Assembly: GCA_009103225.1 (NCBI GenBank)
Contig: RHPI01002048.1
Coordinates: forward strand, 175,702 to 239,701
Direction: 5' to 3'
Length of the DNA stretch: 64,000 bases
From: Chlorokybus atmophyticus
Taxonomy: Eukaryota; Plantae; Mesostigma and Chlorokybus algae
The translations under genes were made by a program, and so were the position numbers. The notes beneath the pieces are model-generated. The model was not told the origin of the DNA. It did not search any database and was given only the letters and a program-made list of their open reading frames with translations. The stretch's first letter is position 1; each line of letters opens with the position of its first letter. Below are positions 23,508-37,667 of the stretch, piece by piece.

Positions 23508-24423
23508 GAGCTTTGGCTTCGTCCGTTCCTGCAGGTTGCATCTCTGTCTCAAGCGCTTTGGGAGTCATGCAGCTGACTCGGCTGCAAACTGCCTGTTGGT
23601 GACGTGCTTGTTACATCAAGTGCAGCCCGACGCGGACGTGTTTCAGATGCGGGGTTACACACATGACTCTGCAGTGACAAGCCTAAACGTGCCAGGTGGA
23701 CGGGTTGACAACATTCCGCGAGTGCTGCGAGTCTCTCAGAGAAGCATCGGCAGGTGCCCCACCTAGTTTCGCACTTGATGGATACATCATAAGTTTGCAA
23801 CAGCGCTTGCTGACCATGTACACAAGTTGCCAACGCGCTGAGTTGGCTTATAGTGATGCTTGCTGACAATACTTGAGGGCTGTCAGGAAATAATTGCTTT
23901 CATTGCAAGTTACGAGGTGCCAACTGCGCCACGTTTTGCTATTGGTGCGGCATGCAACATTCTGAGTATGCTGGATAAGTTTCTGCGCTGCATACAAGCT
24001 CCTGCATCCACGTATTGTAAACAACGTTGTTAACGGTTTGCAGCTAAGCTGCTTAAAGGTGCACTGCGACAATAGTTGTGATAATGTGGTCTCATGCCTT
24101 ATGAGCATAACAAATTGCTGCATCTTGCTGGTTACTAGTGTCCCCCCTCAAGCTCGGGTGCATGAAGGGTTACTAGTACACCCTACACTAGAGGTATGTG
24201 TACGATTATCAATCAAGTGTCAATGTACCAACGCTCAATGTGGCTAGCTTGTGTGTGCGCACAGACAAGCTAGCAGTATGCGTTGTGTGTAATTATGATA
24301 TAGTGCAATAAATGTCGGTTACAGCTCTTAAACTTAAATGGTTTATTAAACTATTTTGTTGGTCCCCTCGTACTTCGTGCTATATAACTTGTTGCTTAAT
24401 GAACTGAAGCAAGCTCTATCCCC

Positions 24424-24615
24424 NNNNNNNNNNNNNNNNNNNNNNNNNNNNNNNNNNNNNNNNNNNNNNNNNNNNNNNNNNNNNNNNNNNNNNNNNNNNN
24501 NNNNNNNNNNNNNNNNNNNNNNNNNNNNNNNNNNNNNNNNNNNNNNNNNNNNNNNNNNNNNNNNNNNNNNNNNNNNNNNNNNNNNNNNNNNNNNNNNNNN
24601 NNNNNNNNNNNNNNN
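24424..24615. other. Assembly gap (192 N), followed by a C18 run
   Basis: Visible directly in the sequence. Confidence 0.99.
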
Positions 24616-26439
24616 CCCCCCCCCCCCCCCCCCTTTGCGCGCGCGCACGCAGCACAAGGGGTGAATGGACTCTAAGCATGCGTGAATGTACTCTTACCCC
24701 CTTCACAATTTGGAGTTGTGAAGTAACAAGCTACCTTTTTATCAAGGGTTTCAGGCTCTCGGAACTTGCACAACATTCATTCTATTGTGTAAGATGGGAA
24801 TACAATACTTTGCTGAGATGAGATGAGATGAGATGCAGCGGCCAGTTGCATCTCATATCTGCATAATCATACATATTATGATTGACAGTCCAAGCGTTGA
24901 ACTCTGTCTTGGCCCCCATTGAGATTATTTACTTGTTGCTTGCTTGTGCTATCTATGCTTGCAAATGCATGGATAACAATTCTTGAAATTTGCTTTACCG
25001 CAACTCTTGTGTATTATGATATGTATGATTCATGCATTCATACATGTTAATACGATCAACTCAATTACAAGCCCCCATAAATCACAACACTCATTTTTTT
25101 GCCGGTTCACGACAAAGCTCAATTCATAAGCATAACTACATGCTTGCATGGTTCGTGTAAGGTTTATTACGGTAGCAATGCTTCTATGTTTGAGACTGTC
25201 ATTACCTGAACGGTACTCATTTGTGTCATCACGTGGCTGCTGTGTATGTCACCTGCTAAGGTTCCGCGACTGCGTGAGATGCCGTACCTGCGCACACTCC
25301 TGCATCCTGCACCAGGCCCAAGTTCCGAGCTGGCCGGCACGCCGCTTGTGGCACGCGGCCATAAATGGCCCATAATGGAACGGTTCCCTTAAGCAACTGA
25401 TAGGGACTCCCTTCGGAAGTGCACGTGCCTAATTATTGTACGGTATGACTCAGCTTTTGATTACAAACCTCCAAGAGGGTCATCCACCATCCTCCGATTC
25501 TGGGCCACGAACCCCAAACCTCAGATTCCGTGTTGCGCAGATTCTTGGGATTGTCCCAAAAGGATTCCCATTGGGGTTGTTCAGCTTCTGAAGGGGTGTC
25601 ACGGTCAGCTGAGTCGGATGTTGCCGACTGGACATGCAGAAGTTCTGCAGAATTACATTTCTTGTCGAAGGCACAAGCTAGCGGCCTGCAAGAACTGGGG
25701 AGATCGCTCCAAATTGTCATTCGTTGCCAAATTTCCCGCGCAATAGAAAAAAGGCGACAGTGATTAAGCGTAACGCAGATTACTAGTGAGTTACGTACAC
25801 GGCCACCTTTCGGAAGAGGAATAGACAACCGGTAACACCAACTGTCTGCAGCTCTCTGATCGGCCGGCTGACCGCGGTTAGGCCTGTGCTTACGCGGCGG
25901 CGCCGCAGCTGTGTGCTGACGCGACCGACGCGCTGAACGCGCTAGAGGGGTGCGGTTTCACCTAACTAGTCCACAGTTACTACCGACCTGAGCTCCAAAC
26001 CAGACACTCGAGATCCCTGTTAGCTCTGTCGGCTGCCACGCTTGAGAGGAGGCCCGACTTGACCTAACAAAACGGTAACGGCATGGGCGAACTTCACGCG
26101 AGAAAGCCTTGAGCTTCTCAATGCGTTGCAAGGTAGAGCCCCACTCAACGGCGATTCCCCGGTCTCGTATATACCGTGCTCGTCAACCAAAAATACAGAA
26201 TCTGCTTGAAGGCAACGATTCCAGACGCCGCCTCCTTCTGTACCACTGTGTCTCCTCAGCCGCCGCTGCCTCCACCGTCGCCGCCGCCGCCGCCACCGCC
26301 ACCGCCGTTGCTGCGTGGTGCTACTGCTGTCATCGGGGTGTAGATGCCGGCGTCAGGGGGCTAGTGCGAGGTGGACTTGTCGTTGGCCTCTGTGGTGGGC
26401 GGTTGTAGGGTGGATAGGGGGCGGCGGGAAAGGGGTGGT

Positions 26440-26891
26440 ATGGGTAACCCTATCTACCAGCCGCCCAAGAGCGAGAGGAGGCCAAAGAAGGAGGTGTATG
26501 TGCAGCTTTGCGTGCGAGACAGGTTGGTGTTTACGTTATTCCTGTTGTTCTTGGGCCCTTGAGATCTAGCGAAAGAAATTTTCTGCCTCCTACTGGCCTG
26601 TCTGGTTCTTGTTCTGCACTTCGTGGTCGTTGTCAATGTTGGCGATCTTGATGGTTAGTTATTTATCTATTGCCTTGTTGCAGTCGAGGTTGTGAAGTAT
26701 ACTTCAAGATGAAGCGAAGGATGCCGTTAGGCTACTTGCAAGACGCATACTGCCAACGGGAAAGACTAGACGGTACAGCGGTTGAGTTCTTCTACAAGGG
26801 CCGGAGAGTATCAGACCAGGACACGCCTGATCTGCTAGAAATGAAGGAGGTGGATTGCATTGAAGTCAATTGCCTCCTGCACTCTTGGTAG
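26440..26891 (+). CDS. SUMO-like (Rad60/SUMO ubiquitin-fold) protein lacking the C-terminal diglycine; 2 exons (26440-26522, 26684-26891)
   Basis: The spliced product VQLCVRDSRGCEVYFKMKRRMPLGYLQDAYCQRERLDGTAVEFFYKGRRVSDQDTPDLLEMKEVDCIEV aligns by eye with the SUMO core. It ends in HSW*. Confidence 0.78.
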
Positions 26892-27813
26892 CTGCCAGCG
26901 CACCGCCACACTGCTTTTGTTTTTTGCACGCACACTACCGCCCGGCGAGCCTGAGGTCCAGTGCATTCTTCAAGCTGAAGAGATGCGCAGGCTTTGGAGG
27001 CCGCGCCGGCGGGTGTCTAGCTGGATGTATGCTTCGCAGTCAGGTCTACTAGCTGGCTGCGCGTACATCTGGTTCTGTAAATATAGCGGGGAACAATTAC
27101 TTGAATAATACCCAGAGCACCAGCCACAGCCAAATACACATATTGCGCGACTCACTGCTGCCTGCTGTCGCTATAGAGTTGTGAGAGCTTGCTGTGTATG
27201 CATCACGGGGTCGTTCTGCGCAACCTTGTCTATAATGCCATGTGGCAAACAGTGCATGGCTGGATGCTTCCTGGCGTGTACGCGTGACGACTGTTAGGTG
27301 AAGTATTGATGCTTCCCCTGTCATACGGGTTCAGTATCTGGTCCATGACCAATTGCCAGCATCTCGCCTGCGCCGAAGGCAAGCTGAGTAATCTTGTGCC
27401 CATCTCTGCACACGCGTTAACACCTGTTATCCTGGTCTACAACCATTGCATAGTCTAACCTTCCATGAGTGAAGGGCTTTGCATGAAGGAGTTGGACACT
27501 ACATATGCAACGCGACGTACGGATTGTATACTCGCACCACTCAATAAGAACCGCTGCCTCTGTACACCTGCATGTACACAACAGCCGCACGCTTATCATG
27601 TAGTCTAGTTGTTGATACCGGGCTTTGATCAACAGGCTACATGTTGCTTGACTTAGTGCGGATAGTGCACCGCACCTACGACTAGCTGCTAGAAGATTGT
27701 GCAGTGCGCAGCCAGTTATGTACAAACTCTCTCATTACTACTGTACAAATGTCTATAACACAATATACACTAGCTATGTGCAGTGACACTGCAACTAGCG
27801 CAATCAAGCTGAC

Positions 27814-30800
27814 TCACACAGTGAGAATGCCTATTGGAGGTGCGACATAACATCGTAAAACAGTAGCATTAGGAGCCGGGTTCCGTGCAAAAATGCGCGG
27901 TGGGGCAGCCGCAGCACTGACCAGCAACTGTTCATGAAGCTGTCCAGCATCCACCATGCTGCGCAGCAACTCGCGAGCCGAGTTCACACTTACGACGCTA
28001 AGTGCATCCAGCATGGCCTCTTCAGGTATCCCAGGCATGCGCAGTGCAAAACCAACTGCTCGCCGCTCCAATGCTTGCACAAATTCTTCGTCAACACTCT
28101 GGCCATCAGCTGTAAGCCATGCACGCATTGGACGCCGACCTGCATAGCACAAGTTAGCGCTGTACAACTTATTGAGCAGGCCTGCACTCCACGGCATCAC
28201 CTGTAACACGCTGCACAGTTGAGGCTTTGTCGGCGCTGACAACTTCCTTCATGGGCAACGTCAGACGCCTGCAGTGCACGTCTGCCACATATCGCGCCTC
28301 ATGAAGTGCATCCACCTGCGAGGTCATTCGCATCACAATGTGTTGTCACTCGAGGATTCCGCAGCAGCGCCACAGTCCACCAACTTGGTCATGAAGCATG
28401 CAGGGTGCTAAGTCCTGGGCCATGTATGCATGCTTGCAAGGCATGTGTGCAGGAGTGGTAACCATAGAGTCACCGCATAGATGAGTTGCGCGGTTTCCAA
28501 AGCAGCTATGCAGTCCTGAATGACACTTTGGCTGACTGGCTCTGCTTCGCTGGTTGTCACAGAGGAAATCAACTCGTCAACAGTCGCACCTGCTTCCCCG
28601 TGCGATGAAATTGCCTACACCAGCCCGTCAAAGCGATAAGAGTGCTGAGTGCATAACATGTTGGCAGGCTTATGGGCATTGGTGATGTCTTTACAACATG
28701 CTGGCAAGACGAGCAAAGCCACATACATCATGCTTGCTAGCTAACATGACCATGCACCGTGTTTGTGACAGTGCTTGCCCACCTTGTGACAACTGTCAAC
28801 ACGTGTCTCGTTGAGTTGGGGATGCAGGTGCTCTATGATGGCACGCAGCACGTTGTCACTTCTTTCACTTGCGGTTGCCTGTTGGTTGGCTTGCGGGACT
28901 GCAGTCAGCACTGGCCGCTCCTCAGCATGCTTATCTTGGACGGCATGACATGAAGTTGCTTGTGCTGATGGAGACTCCGCATCTTGGAAAGCAGCGGTTG
29001 CAGCATTGATGGCAACGCTGGCCGTAACAACATGTGTTGCTTGGCGCTTGCTAGGCTTCGCAGCCTCCGTGCCCACCAATTGCCGCTTGCGCCCGTGCAG
29101 TCTTTGTTTGCGAGGCAAGTGTTGTTCACCGGCCGGCTCCACATCAATGCAAGCGTCGCCATCGCTAGCATTCTGAGGGAGGGATTCTTCAGCTTGCGAC
29201 ACAACCTGCGCCGAATGACCGACTGCATTGCTGGCTTCATGCATGTGCCCGGCGCTTGGAGCTACCGCAAGCAAAGCAGGGGTTGATGTTCCTGCATCAC
29301 CATCAATTGCAAGCATCACAGCAGCAGGACTGTCCACAGGAGCAGCAGGATGCATCTGGCGCAGAACTGCCAGCGGCACTTCAGCAACCGCCTGTTCGAC
29401 GTCATCAAGCCACTCGTTGCGAGGGGCGTCATTGAGCGACTCTCGATAGCGGTCTGCCGCTGTTGTTGCTGGTTTGGCTGCGTAGTCACCCAGCTTCATG
29501 CGCAGCTCGACATGATGATCAGCGGCCATTGCTAACACGCAAGCAACATCACCCCCACAAGGGTGCTCTGGAACACTCCACTCATCATTCATCTTGCGCA
29601 CATCCGTAAGGCAGCTGAGGCACAATGATGCCTCAAGACCCAGTGCGCGTGGGAATCGCGGGACCTGACAACTGGCCTTGAATCGCAGCGAAAGAGCAAA
29701 TCGCCGCCCTGATGACTTCTTCTGCTTCGACTGTGCATCAAAACAATATCAAGCATTGCAACCAACAACTGCAACGATATGCTCCAATGATGACTTGGCA
29801 ACCTACCACAAAACCCTGCCTGCGCAGCAGCTGGAACCCAGCCGCAACCTCTCTCTCAGTAAACCGCTGGAAAGCGGCTGCTAAGACGGGAGGCACACGA
29901 CCATCGGTGCCGGTATGCAGAAGCAGCAGCCTGATAAGGTCTGCAACACAAGATAGCACTGTACTAGGGATCTTTTCCCTCAATGCTTGTTCATTGTGCG
30001 CAACATGACCACGCTGGACCGCATGCTCTTCTTGCTGCCTACGCCTATCCTCCCCTTGTGGCGCTTGAACTTTCTGATACACGACAGGGCGACGGCGAAT
30101 GGAGGTGGCCCTGTTGCCTTCAAAGTAGTGCTGCTGCTGAGTGCAGGCTTCCAATGCTGCTTCCACCTGGACTTCAGTGGGCTCCAGTGGATCATGTGCT
30201 TGGTCAGCACTCATATCACCTTCTGTCAAGTGATCTAGATGGGTGCGCGCAGCAGCTGCAAGCTTTCTGTTCGCTTGGACGAGGCTTGTTTGACCAGGTA
30301 AAGCCATCGGGCGCTGATGTGTTGTGCGCTCAGCGGCACGCTGTTGTTGAAGCTGGTTGACTTCGTACGCAATGAGCAATGCAATGGACCTGTCTGTGGC
30401 TTCTGAACGATGTGGATTCCTCCTCATAACCACAAAACGCCTGCGACAGAGGTCCGGGGTAAACCTGTGCGGAAGACCTGTGTAATGCAAGCTGTGAGGT
30501 ATATACAGATAGACGGTGGTATACAGCATCTTGTCGCAGCAAATGTGTTGATGCAAGCGTAACAGTACAAGCGCATATGCAACCAACAACCCGTATAAAG
30601 TGACTATTGACAGAGCTTCCTTGACCTCACGTACCTTCGATGTTAGCCCAATCTGTGCTGACGCCGCTGCCATGGACAGCATGCCATTTTGCATATGCAC
30701 GCAGCAGCATCTTATCATCCTCAGGCAGCCAGACATGCCGAGCTCTGCGCCTTTCTTTGCGAATGGGTTGTATCAGTGAACAACCAGTTGCAGGGGTTTC

Positions 30801-33800
30801 GTCAAAGTCATCAACATCTTCTTCTTGCTGAGAGTCCTTGTCAGGAACTTTCTCCTTGGCAGCAGCCGCAGCAGCTGCCACTTCCGCCGCCGCTGCTGCT
30901 TCTTTGGCAAGACGTTGGCGCTTGTAAGCTTGCACATGTCCCGCCTCTTGAAAGGCTGCGGCTGGTCTTTTCGCCACAGAGCCTGCACAAACTCTCTGAG
31001 TCGGCAGGCAAGCTATGCAATACTGCTTGTATACATGGCACTCATGCCTTATCTCTAACCTGTTTGCTTGCCGGTGTACTGAACTACAGAAGAGACCTGC
31101 AAGCGGAGTGCTTGCAATCGCTGTACGCGTCTCTGCTCATAAGTAAACCTCAGGAGCTGTTCGGCGCTGCACCCCAGCTCAGCAGCCAGAGTCTCTCGCC
31201 TCTCCAGGGTCAGTGGCTTCTCTAGTTGCTGTTTCCTGAACAGATCGGCCATAGCAGCTCGCTGAGAAATGCTTGCTGCAGAGTCCGTGCACCAGCTTTT
31301 GGGGCTGATCATCTCCGGCACCGCTGAAGCAGGGAAGAATGTACGCGCCTCATGCGGAGGCAGTTCTCTAAAAACAAACTCCATTGCATGCCAGTAAGTA
31401 TCTACGTCCGCAACTGTTGCAAAACTAAAGCTGCGAGCAACCCTGCCATCCTCCTCTGGTTGCACGTTTTGCGCAAGTGCAAAGGACAGCGTGCCAGGCA
31501 TTTCTACAAGCGCCTGCACCTGAAGGTGGTAGCGACCAGTCGCCTTTGGCACACTACGAACATGGCGCACACGGGGTGCAATGAGTGTCCTGACTAGTTG
31601 CATGCGGTTGAGGGTGTGCATCGCTGTCACTACTCGGCCCAAGATTTGTGCATTGTAGCAGATCTGGTTCCTGTCTGTGGCAGGCAAGTCGCCAACCCGC
31701 ATACCAGCTGTGCAGCGCCGGACAAAGTCCGGGACAGGGAAGTGGATGCCTAATGCTTGTGCAACCAGCTCAAGAGGCATGGCCTCAAGCAGCCCTTCTA
31801 GCTCAAACTCATGTGGCAACGATGTGGCTGCAGGCTGATTACTGCGCTCAGTGGTATTTTGCTTGTCTAACCCTGCAACACCAGAGGCTGAAGACTGCCT
31901 CAGTCTAGTTCCATCCTTGCTTCCCACAGTCCCGTGGAGCAAGCCGACCACGTGTTGCACCAGAAAGTAGTGAAGCATACGTGTACGGACCATCTTGGCA
32001 AAGATGAATCCTTGCTCTGCCAGCAGTGCTGTTGTCAAGGAGGGTAGCAGGATCGTTTGTGTTTTGTCAATGCCAATGCGAGGTGGGGCTGATGGCAAGT
32101 TTGGATCTGCCATGGCAATGCGGCGATTCTCTGATATGCCAGTGCGCTTTTCGCGCAGGCGGCTGGCGGCTGCAGCCAGCAGTTCTGACTCAGGACGTGT
32201 GGCTGTTCTGCTCAGCAACACCCGGAAACTGAGTGACTTCACGCCGACGAGGGTGACCCTGCCAAGCTTGCAGACACCCTCCTGCACAAGCTGGCCAATA
32301 ACGCGGTCAACGGTTTTCGGGACAGCCTTTATTGGAGCTTTGCCTGGCTCCAAAATTGCCATCATAGCACATGCGTCAGCATAGGTCACCATTTCCTCAG
32401 CCAAAAGTGTACTCCTCAACATTGTCACGTGGTTAGCCATCTTGGGCTTTGCTGGCCTTGCGCGCCTGCTGCCAGCTGCAACCTCAGTGACTGCTGGTTG
32501 CTCCAAAACTTGCAGAGAGGTTTGATCGCTGACAAGCATGTGCATAGCCGACGAGGGAGCGGGCTGCCCACTTGCTAGAGCTCTGGCCTCCTCTGCGGGT
32601 CCTTTGAGCTCAGGTGGCTGCGCTATTGCGGTGCATTTTGTACTTGTTTGCAACTGTGACTCCGAGGGCACGAACAGGCGATACACCGTTTGCTTGCCCT
32701 GGCTTTCCATGCTGCGCTGCACATTGAACCTCTTCTGCAACTCAGTGATATGGCGGAAGGTTCGTTTGTAGTTCAATCCAAGCCGCTTGAAGAGATCCGT
32801 AACAACAATGCCCTGGGAGCCGCTGGCCTTGACCGTGTTAAACAATTGCTCCAACAGACTGAGTTCAGCAACAAGTCCAGAGCCTGTTGTTTCCGCCAAG
32901 AAATCGCCTGGATCATCGTCATCCGGGATGTTGTCGGAAGATGCAGTAGTAGGTGCATACTGTGCGCGCAGCCTGAAACACGCAATAGTGGCCCTTTCGC
33001 TGCGGGCGAAAAATTCTTCAATATAGCCACCTGACAGCAACTTTGTCTTCACTCTGCGCCACTCTCTGTGTTGGGCTTGTGCGCCCATGTACCCCAGTGC
33101 TCTCTTCAAGTCACCTTCACGCATCTCCTGTCCAGCTGCTGCAGCAACCAGTGAGATGGCATCTTGAACAGGCCTGTCAACACTTCCCACTGCATACACC
33201 TCCACTTCATCTGAAGGAGGGCCTGCTTCAGCTTTATGAACAGATTGAGCTCGCCTTTCCACACTTCTGAAAACTGGCAAAGGAGCGGCATGCTCGACAA
33301 ATGCCGTCAAATGCACCAGATTGGTGTGATAACCAGGTACTGCAGTGCTATTGGCCTGCATGCGACGCGGGTCGGTCACAAATACTTCGCGTATGGCAAC
33401 AGCCCCAGCCGCTTCCAAGAGACGCAGGCTGTAGAATGCTACTCTTGTGTGTACATTGAAATCGGTTGCAAGCTGCGCTTGCAGGACACCTTGGTGTCTG
33501 CAGCAGCCAATGTTAGCTTTCCAACCAAAACGGCAGCGTAAGTTGCTTGAGTCCAGGCAATCTCGCATCACATTGCTGTATGCTGCAATTGATGATGCGT
33601 TGATGTGGTGAGCTTGTGAGCTTTCAATCGCAAGCAATGCTCGTCTCACCTGGATTTGCCAACAGCTTCGAGAAGAGTTAACGTATCGGAGGTGAGATCG
33701 ATGCTGCCGATGCTGTAAATGCCTAGTGTGTTCAGGCGGAATTCTGTTGAGGCTGCAACTCGAAGGTCCGCACGCCATGAGTGGTTGCTTTCCAGGACAG

Positions 33801-34305
33801 AAGCGAGTAGAGGGTGTGCCGGTGGGAAGCGAAACCAGTCCACCCTTGCAGACGGCTTCTTTCCCACAGTGTGTAGAGGGAATGGCTCTGCAACTTGCTC
33901 ATTGTCAACTTGCTTGAGGGTGTAGAACGCCAAGACTGGCTCTTGTAGCAGCAATTGCCACAGATGTTGCCGGTATGCATCATCAAGCTGGATGCCATCT
34001 GGAAGCGTGCTCAGCTCCCAGACGCGATCCAAAGCGCAACCTGCAGCACAACAACGTGACAACAAAGGTACGACAGCTAATATCGAGCACAAGTGGTATG
34101 GATACCAAGGTCAAGTCAACGTGACAACACACATAGCCTCATACAGAACAGAATCAACAAATCTCAGAGCGAAAGGTTTGCAATGTATACTGCGAACAAT
34201 GTATGCAACAGTACACTTGAAGCTGGGACAGCCGCATTCGAGTATACCTTGTGCGCCTTCCAAAGCCACCTCCTGCAAAGTTGTCAGTAAAATCTCGTCC
34301 AACAT
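27814..34305 (-). CDS. GTF3C1: General transcription factor IIIC subunit 1 (B-block-binding), multi-exon
   Basis: The N-terminus MLDEILLTTLQEVALEGAQG, the winged-helix segment RHQGVLQAQLATDFNVHTRVAFYSLRLLEAAGAV and the C-terminal RRAVGFALRMPGIPEEAMLDALSVV...RELLRSMV resemble plant TFIIIC large subunits. Internal exon boundaries were not all resolved. Confidence 0.8.
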
Positions 34306-35325
34306 GCTGGGTTTCAAACCGAGTCCGCCGTAGCATAATCAGTGTAGCTGTTCCAAGTCTGCATCAGGCTCACAATGTACCCATGGTTCCACACATTTCA
34401 AATCACAATGCACGTCTTTGTTGCAGTGATGTTGCAGTGAGGCGTGTCACCTGCAAGCGAGCACCCTGATTGAACAACGTGGCACAAGCGCTACCCCGTT
34501 GATTCAACAAGATTAGGCAAGTCTGTGTGAGGCGGACTGCATACGCCAGAATAGCAACGACTAGCATCCAATCTTCAACATCATATTCAAATATAGTATG
34601 ATGCTGAACTGCAGTTCAGTTAACGACAGCCTCCACGCTGGCAGAGGCAAGTTGTGTCATTAGGCTGTAACATGCACAGCAGCAGACTGCTAGGCAGCCA
34701 AAGGCTAGCAGCAGGAGGTTACAACTGGTGATACGAGCAAACCAGCAGATGCTGAACGGACTACAGGCTTTTTGACTACCCTTGGACAAGCATGCAGCCA
34801 GACATACGCTCAACACTGAAGCAAGCTGCAGCAACCGCAAACAAGCATAAGCAGAGCGAGACGTACGTACGTCTGTGTACGCTCAACACTGAAGCAAGCT
34901 TGTTCCAGCAGGCCAGCAGTCAAGCAGCCCCTTCCTCCCACCTGCAGCTGTCGTCAAGCATCACGCGGTAGGCAGCTGCCGTCGCCGTGGCGCTGCACAT
35001 GCACCAAACCCGCAAAGGCTCCGCCGCAGCTCCCGCCACCAGCACCCAAGTCACATGCCGCTGGCGCCAAGCAGGACAACTTGAACTGCAATGGCCTTAG
35101 GGTTTCAGCCCAGGGTTCAACACTCGCATGCAGACATGCGCTTTTCGCTCCTTTCACTCCAAAGCTGGCTTTGGCCTGCCTCTCCGCTTGTTTCGGCAGA
35201 ACCAAATTGGACGCACAAGCAATGCAGTCTATAGACACGTTGCTGAAAGCATGAAGTGGTGAAAACGCTACTGGAAATGCTGCTGTGAGCGGCGGTGGCG
35301 GTCTGGGTGTCGGGGGGGAAGGTGG

Positions 35326-37667
35326 GTGTGGCACGGGTGGTCTGTCACCACGTGGTCCAAGGGCAAGGCGCAGGCGTTGAAGGAGCATGTTGCTGCGTTT
35401 TGGTCTCTGACGCCCCCGCCGCCTGCCACCGCTAGCTGGTGGCAAGGGCCCCGGCAGCAGCAGCAGCAGCACCACCACGTGCATGAGCACTCTGCTGCCG
35501 GGGCCCCTAGCTATTACGATCCAGCAAAGGAAAGAAGTGCTGCTACAATTCCAGCTGTTCCACTGCAAGTGTCGCATAACTCAGCCAATAGCGGTGGAAG
35601 CGGCAGCTGGGAGCTGGTCGCTGCCACACCCGAGCAAGACGGCGAGTTGCCGCCACCTTCCAGCATAACTCCGACGAAGCCTCGCACCACTGTCTTCAAT
35701 GAATTGGTACTTGCGACGCACTTGATGCTTGTTCGACTGCGCTGGCGCGTTGCATGGCAGTATCGATGTAAACATGCTCTTATGCGACGACCTATACTCC
35801 GACTGATTGTGAAATGCAGCTCCTTAGGTGGCAGTTTTTTCACGAACTTTACCGTGGTCACTTACATATGTACGCCATGCAGTTGAGCGAACCCGTAATC
35901 AACATCAGTGGACTTCGTCAACTGGCGTCTCAAGGCGTACCAGATCAGCAGGGCTTACGAGCACTTGGCTGGAAGGTGAACACATTTTACAGTGGTGTGA
36001 AGCGTTACTTGGTTTTTGCTGCGTTGCTGGCTGCATCACATAAAGAAATTGTCACGTGCGCATGATTTTCTATTTAGTGAGCTGGTATGCATGAATGCGT
36101 GCAGGTATTGCTAGGATACTTGCCGCGAGATCGAGGTCAATGGGTTGGGGAGTTGCAGAAGAAGCGACTGCAATATAAGAATTTTGTTGAAGAGCTGCTG
36201 ACAAGCCCAGTAAGCTTCTCTGTGACTTGCCATGTGTTGACAAGTCTCCCCTTGTGCTTTGTTTCTGTCATTTATTAATAATCTGCTTCGACAGACCAGA
36301 GCTGCCAGAGCTGAGGCACTTGCAGATACTCAAGATGGTGATTTGCGAGTTAAACGGACTATTGTGGATGACCATCCTCTCAATGATGTCAAAGGGTCAG
36401 CCTGGCACAAGTACTTCCAGGTGCAGTTCAGTTCATCTGTGTACACAGGCTGCGTGCTTGTGGCTACTGTTTGCAGTATAGTCTTGTTCTGATGGCATAC
36501 TCCCGTGACAGGAAAACGAATTATTGGAACAAATAGATAGAGATGTCAAACGCACGCATCCCGACATGCACTTTTTCAACAATGAGGATGGTAGCGCTGT
36601 CGAGAACCAGGTGGGGCTTGAGCAACATACCATGAAACGCCCCTTATGGCACTGTTGCATGTGACTGAATGCGCTTAAGGTGCTGCTTCCTCCAGGATGC
36701 GTTGAAAAGGGTGCTGTTTGTTTTTGCGAAGCTCAATCCTGGAGTGCGCTATGTGCAAGGCATGAACGAAGTCTTGGCGCCTATATTTTACACTTTTCGA
36801 ACTGATCCTGATGTCAACTTTGCTGTAAGCTGCTCAGAGCCCGCGCTTTGTGCACAACTTGCTAAGAGTGACCCATTGGCACTGAGCACCGAACAATTTA
36901 TTGTCAGCATGAGGACTCAGTTATCTAGTTGACCATCAAAGCGTGCAGGCTCATGCAGAGGCGGACGCCTTCTATTGCTTTGCAGAGCTGCTGAGTGATT
37001 TCCGGGACAACTTTTGCCAGGTACCTGTGCACAGCATGCTACTGGACAGCCATTTGTCAGAGCTGACTCGTTCTGTGTAGGTGCTGGACAATAGTTCAGT
37101 TGGCATCCGCAACACTCTATCCAAATTGAGTGCCTTGCTCGCTCATTACGATGCAGAACTGTGGGATCACCTAGAAAATAAGACTAAGGTACTAGTTTAC
37201 CTATTGAGCCAAGCATGATTTTATCACAGTCTCTGCCAATGCGCAGGTGTGTTGGTGGCATCTATAGCTGGCACGCTTCGCATGCCGCAAACATTGACTG
37301 CTGGTGATTGTGTTGCGCAGGTCAATCCCCAGTTTTATGCATTTCGTTGGATCACTCTATTGCTATCCCAAGAGCTGGAGTTTCCTGAAACTTTACGGCT
37401 ATGGGATTCTCTTATCAGCTGCCAGGGTAGCCGTCTGGTGAGTGTCTTGCAACATGGGCGTAAGTGATTTGCTTTTCAACACATCGATTATGATGCTTGC
37501 CGCATTCTGTCATGCAGGACTACTTGCTGCTCGTGTGCTGCGCCATTCTCATCAGTGTCCGCTCTGAGCTTCTTCAAGGGGATTTCAGCGCCAACCTCAA
37601 GCTGCTTCAACATCTGCCTGCGCTGGATGTACATGAATTGTTGGTCAAAGCAGAGACATATCGCTAA
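35326..37667 (+). CDS. TBC1D13: TBC-domain Rab GTPase-activating protein (TBC1D13-like), multi-exon; start codon not resolved
   Basis: LRQLASQGVPD...LRALGWK|VLLGYLP, DHPL, EQIDRDVKRTHPDMHFF, KLNPGVRYVQGMNEVLAP, AEADAFYCF, PQFYAFRWITLLLSQE...LRLWD, GDFSANLKLLQ. Confidence 0.88.

Noticed and set aside
24346-24706. ORFs spanning the N run
   Set aside because: They are artefacts of the assembly gap.
25148-25830. ORFs of 64-131 aa between the gap and the SUMO-like gene
   Set aside because: No recognisable motifs and no consistent splice structure in any frame.
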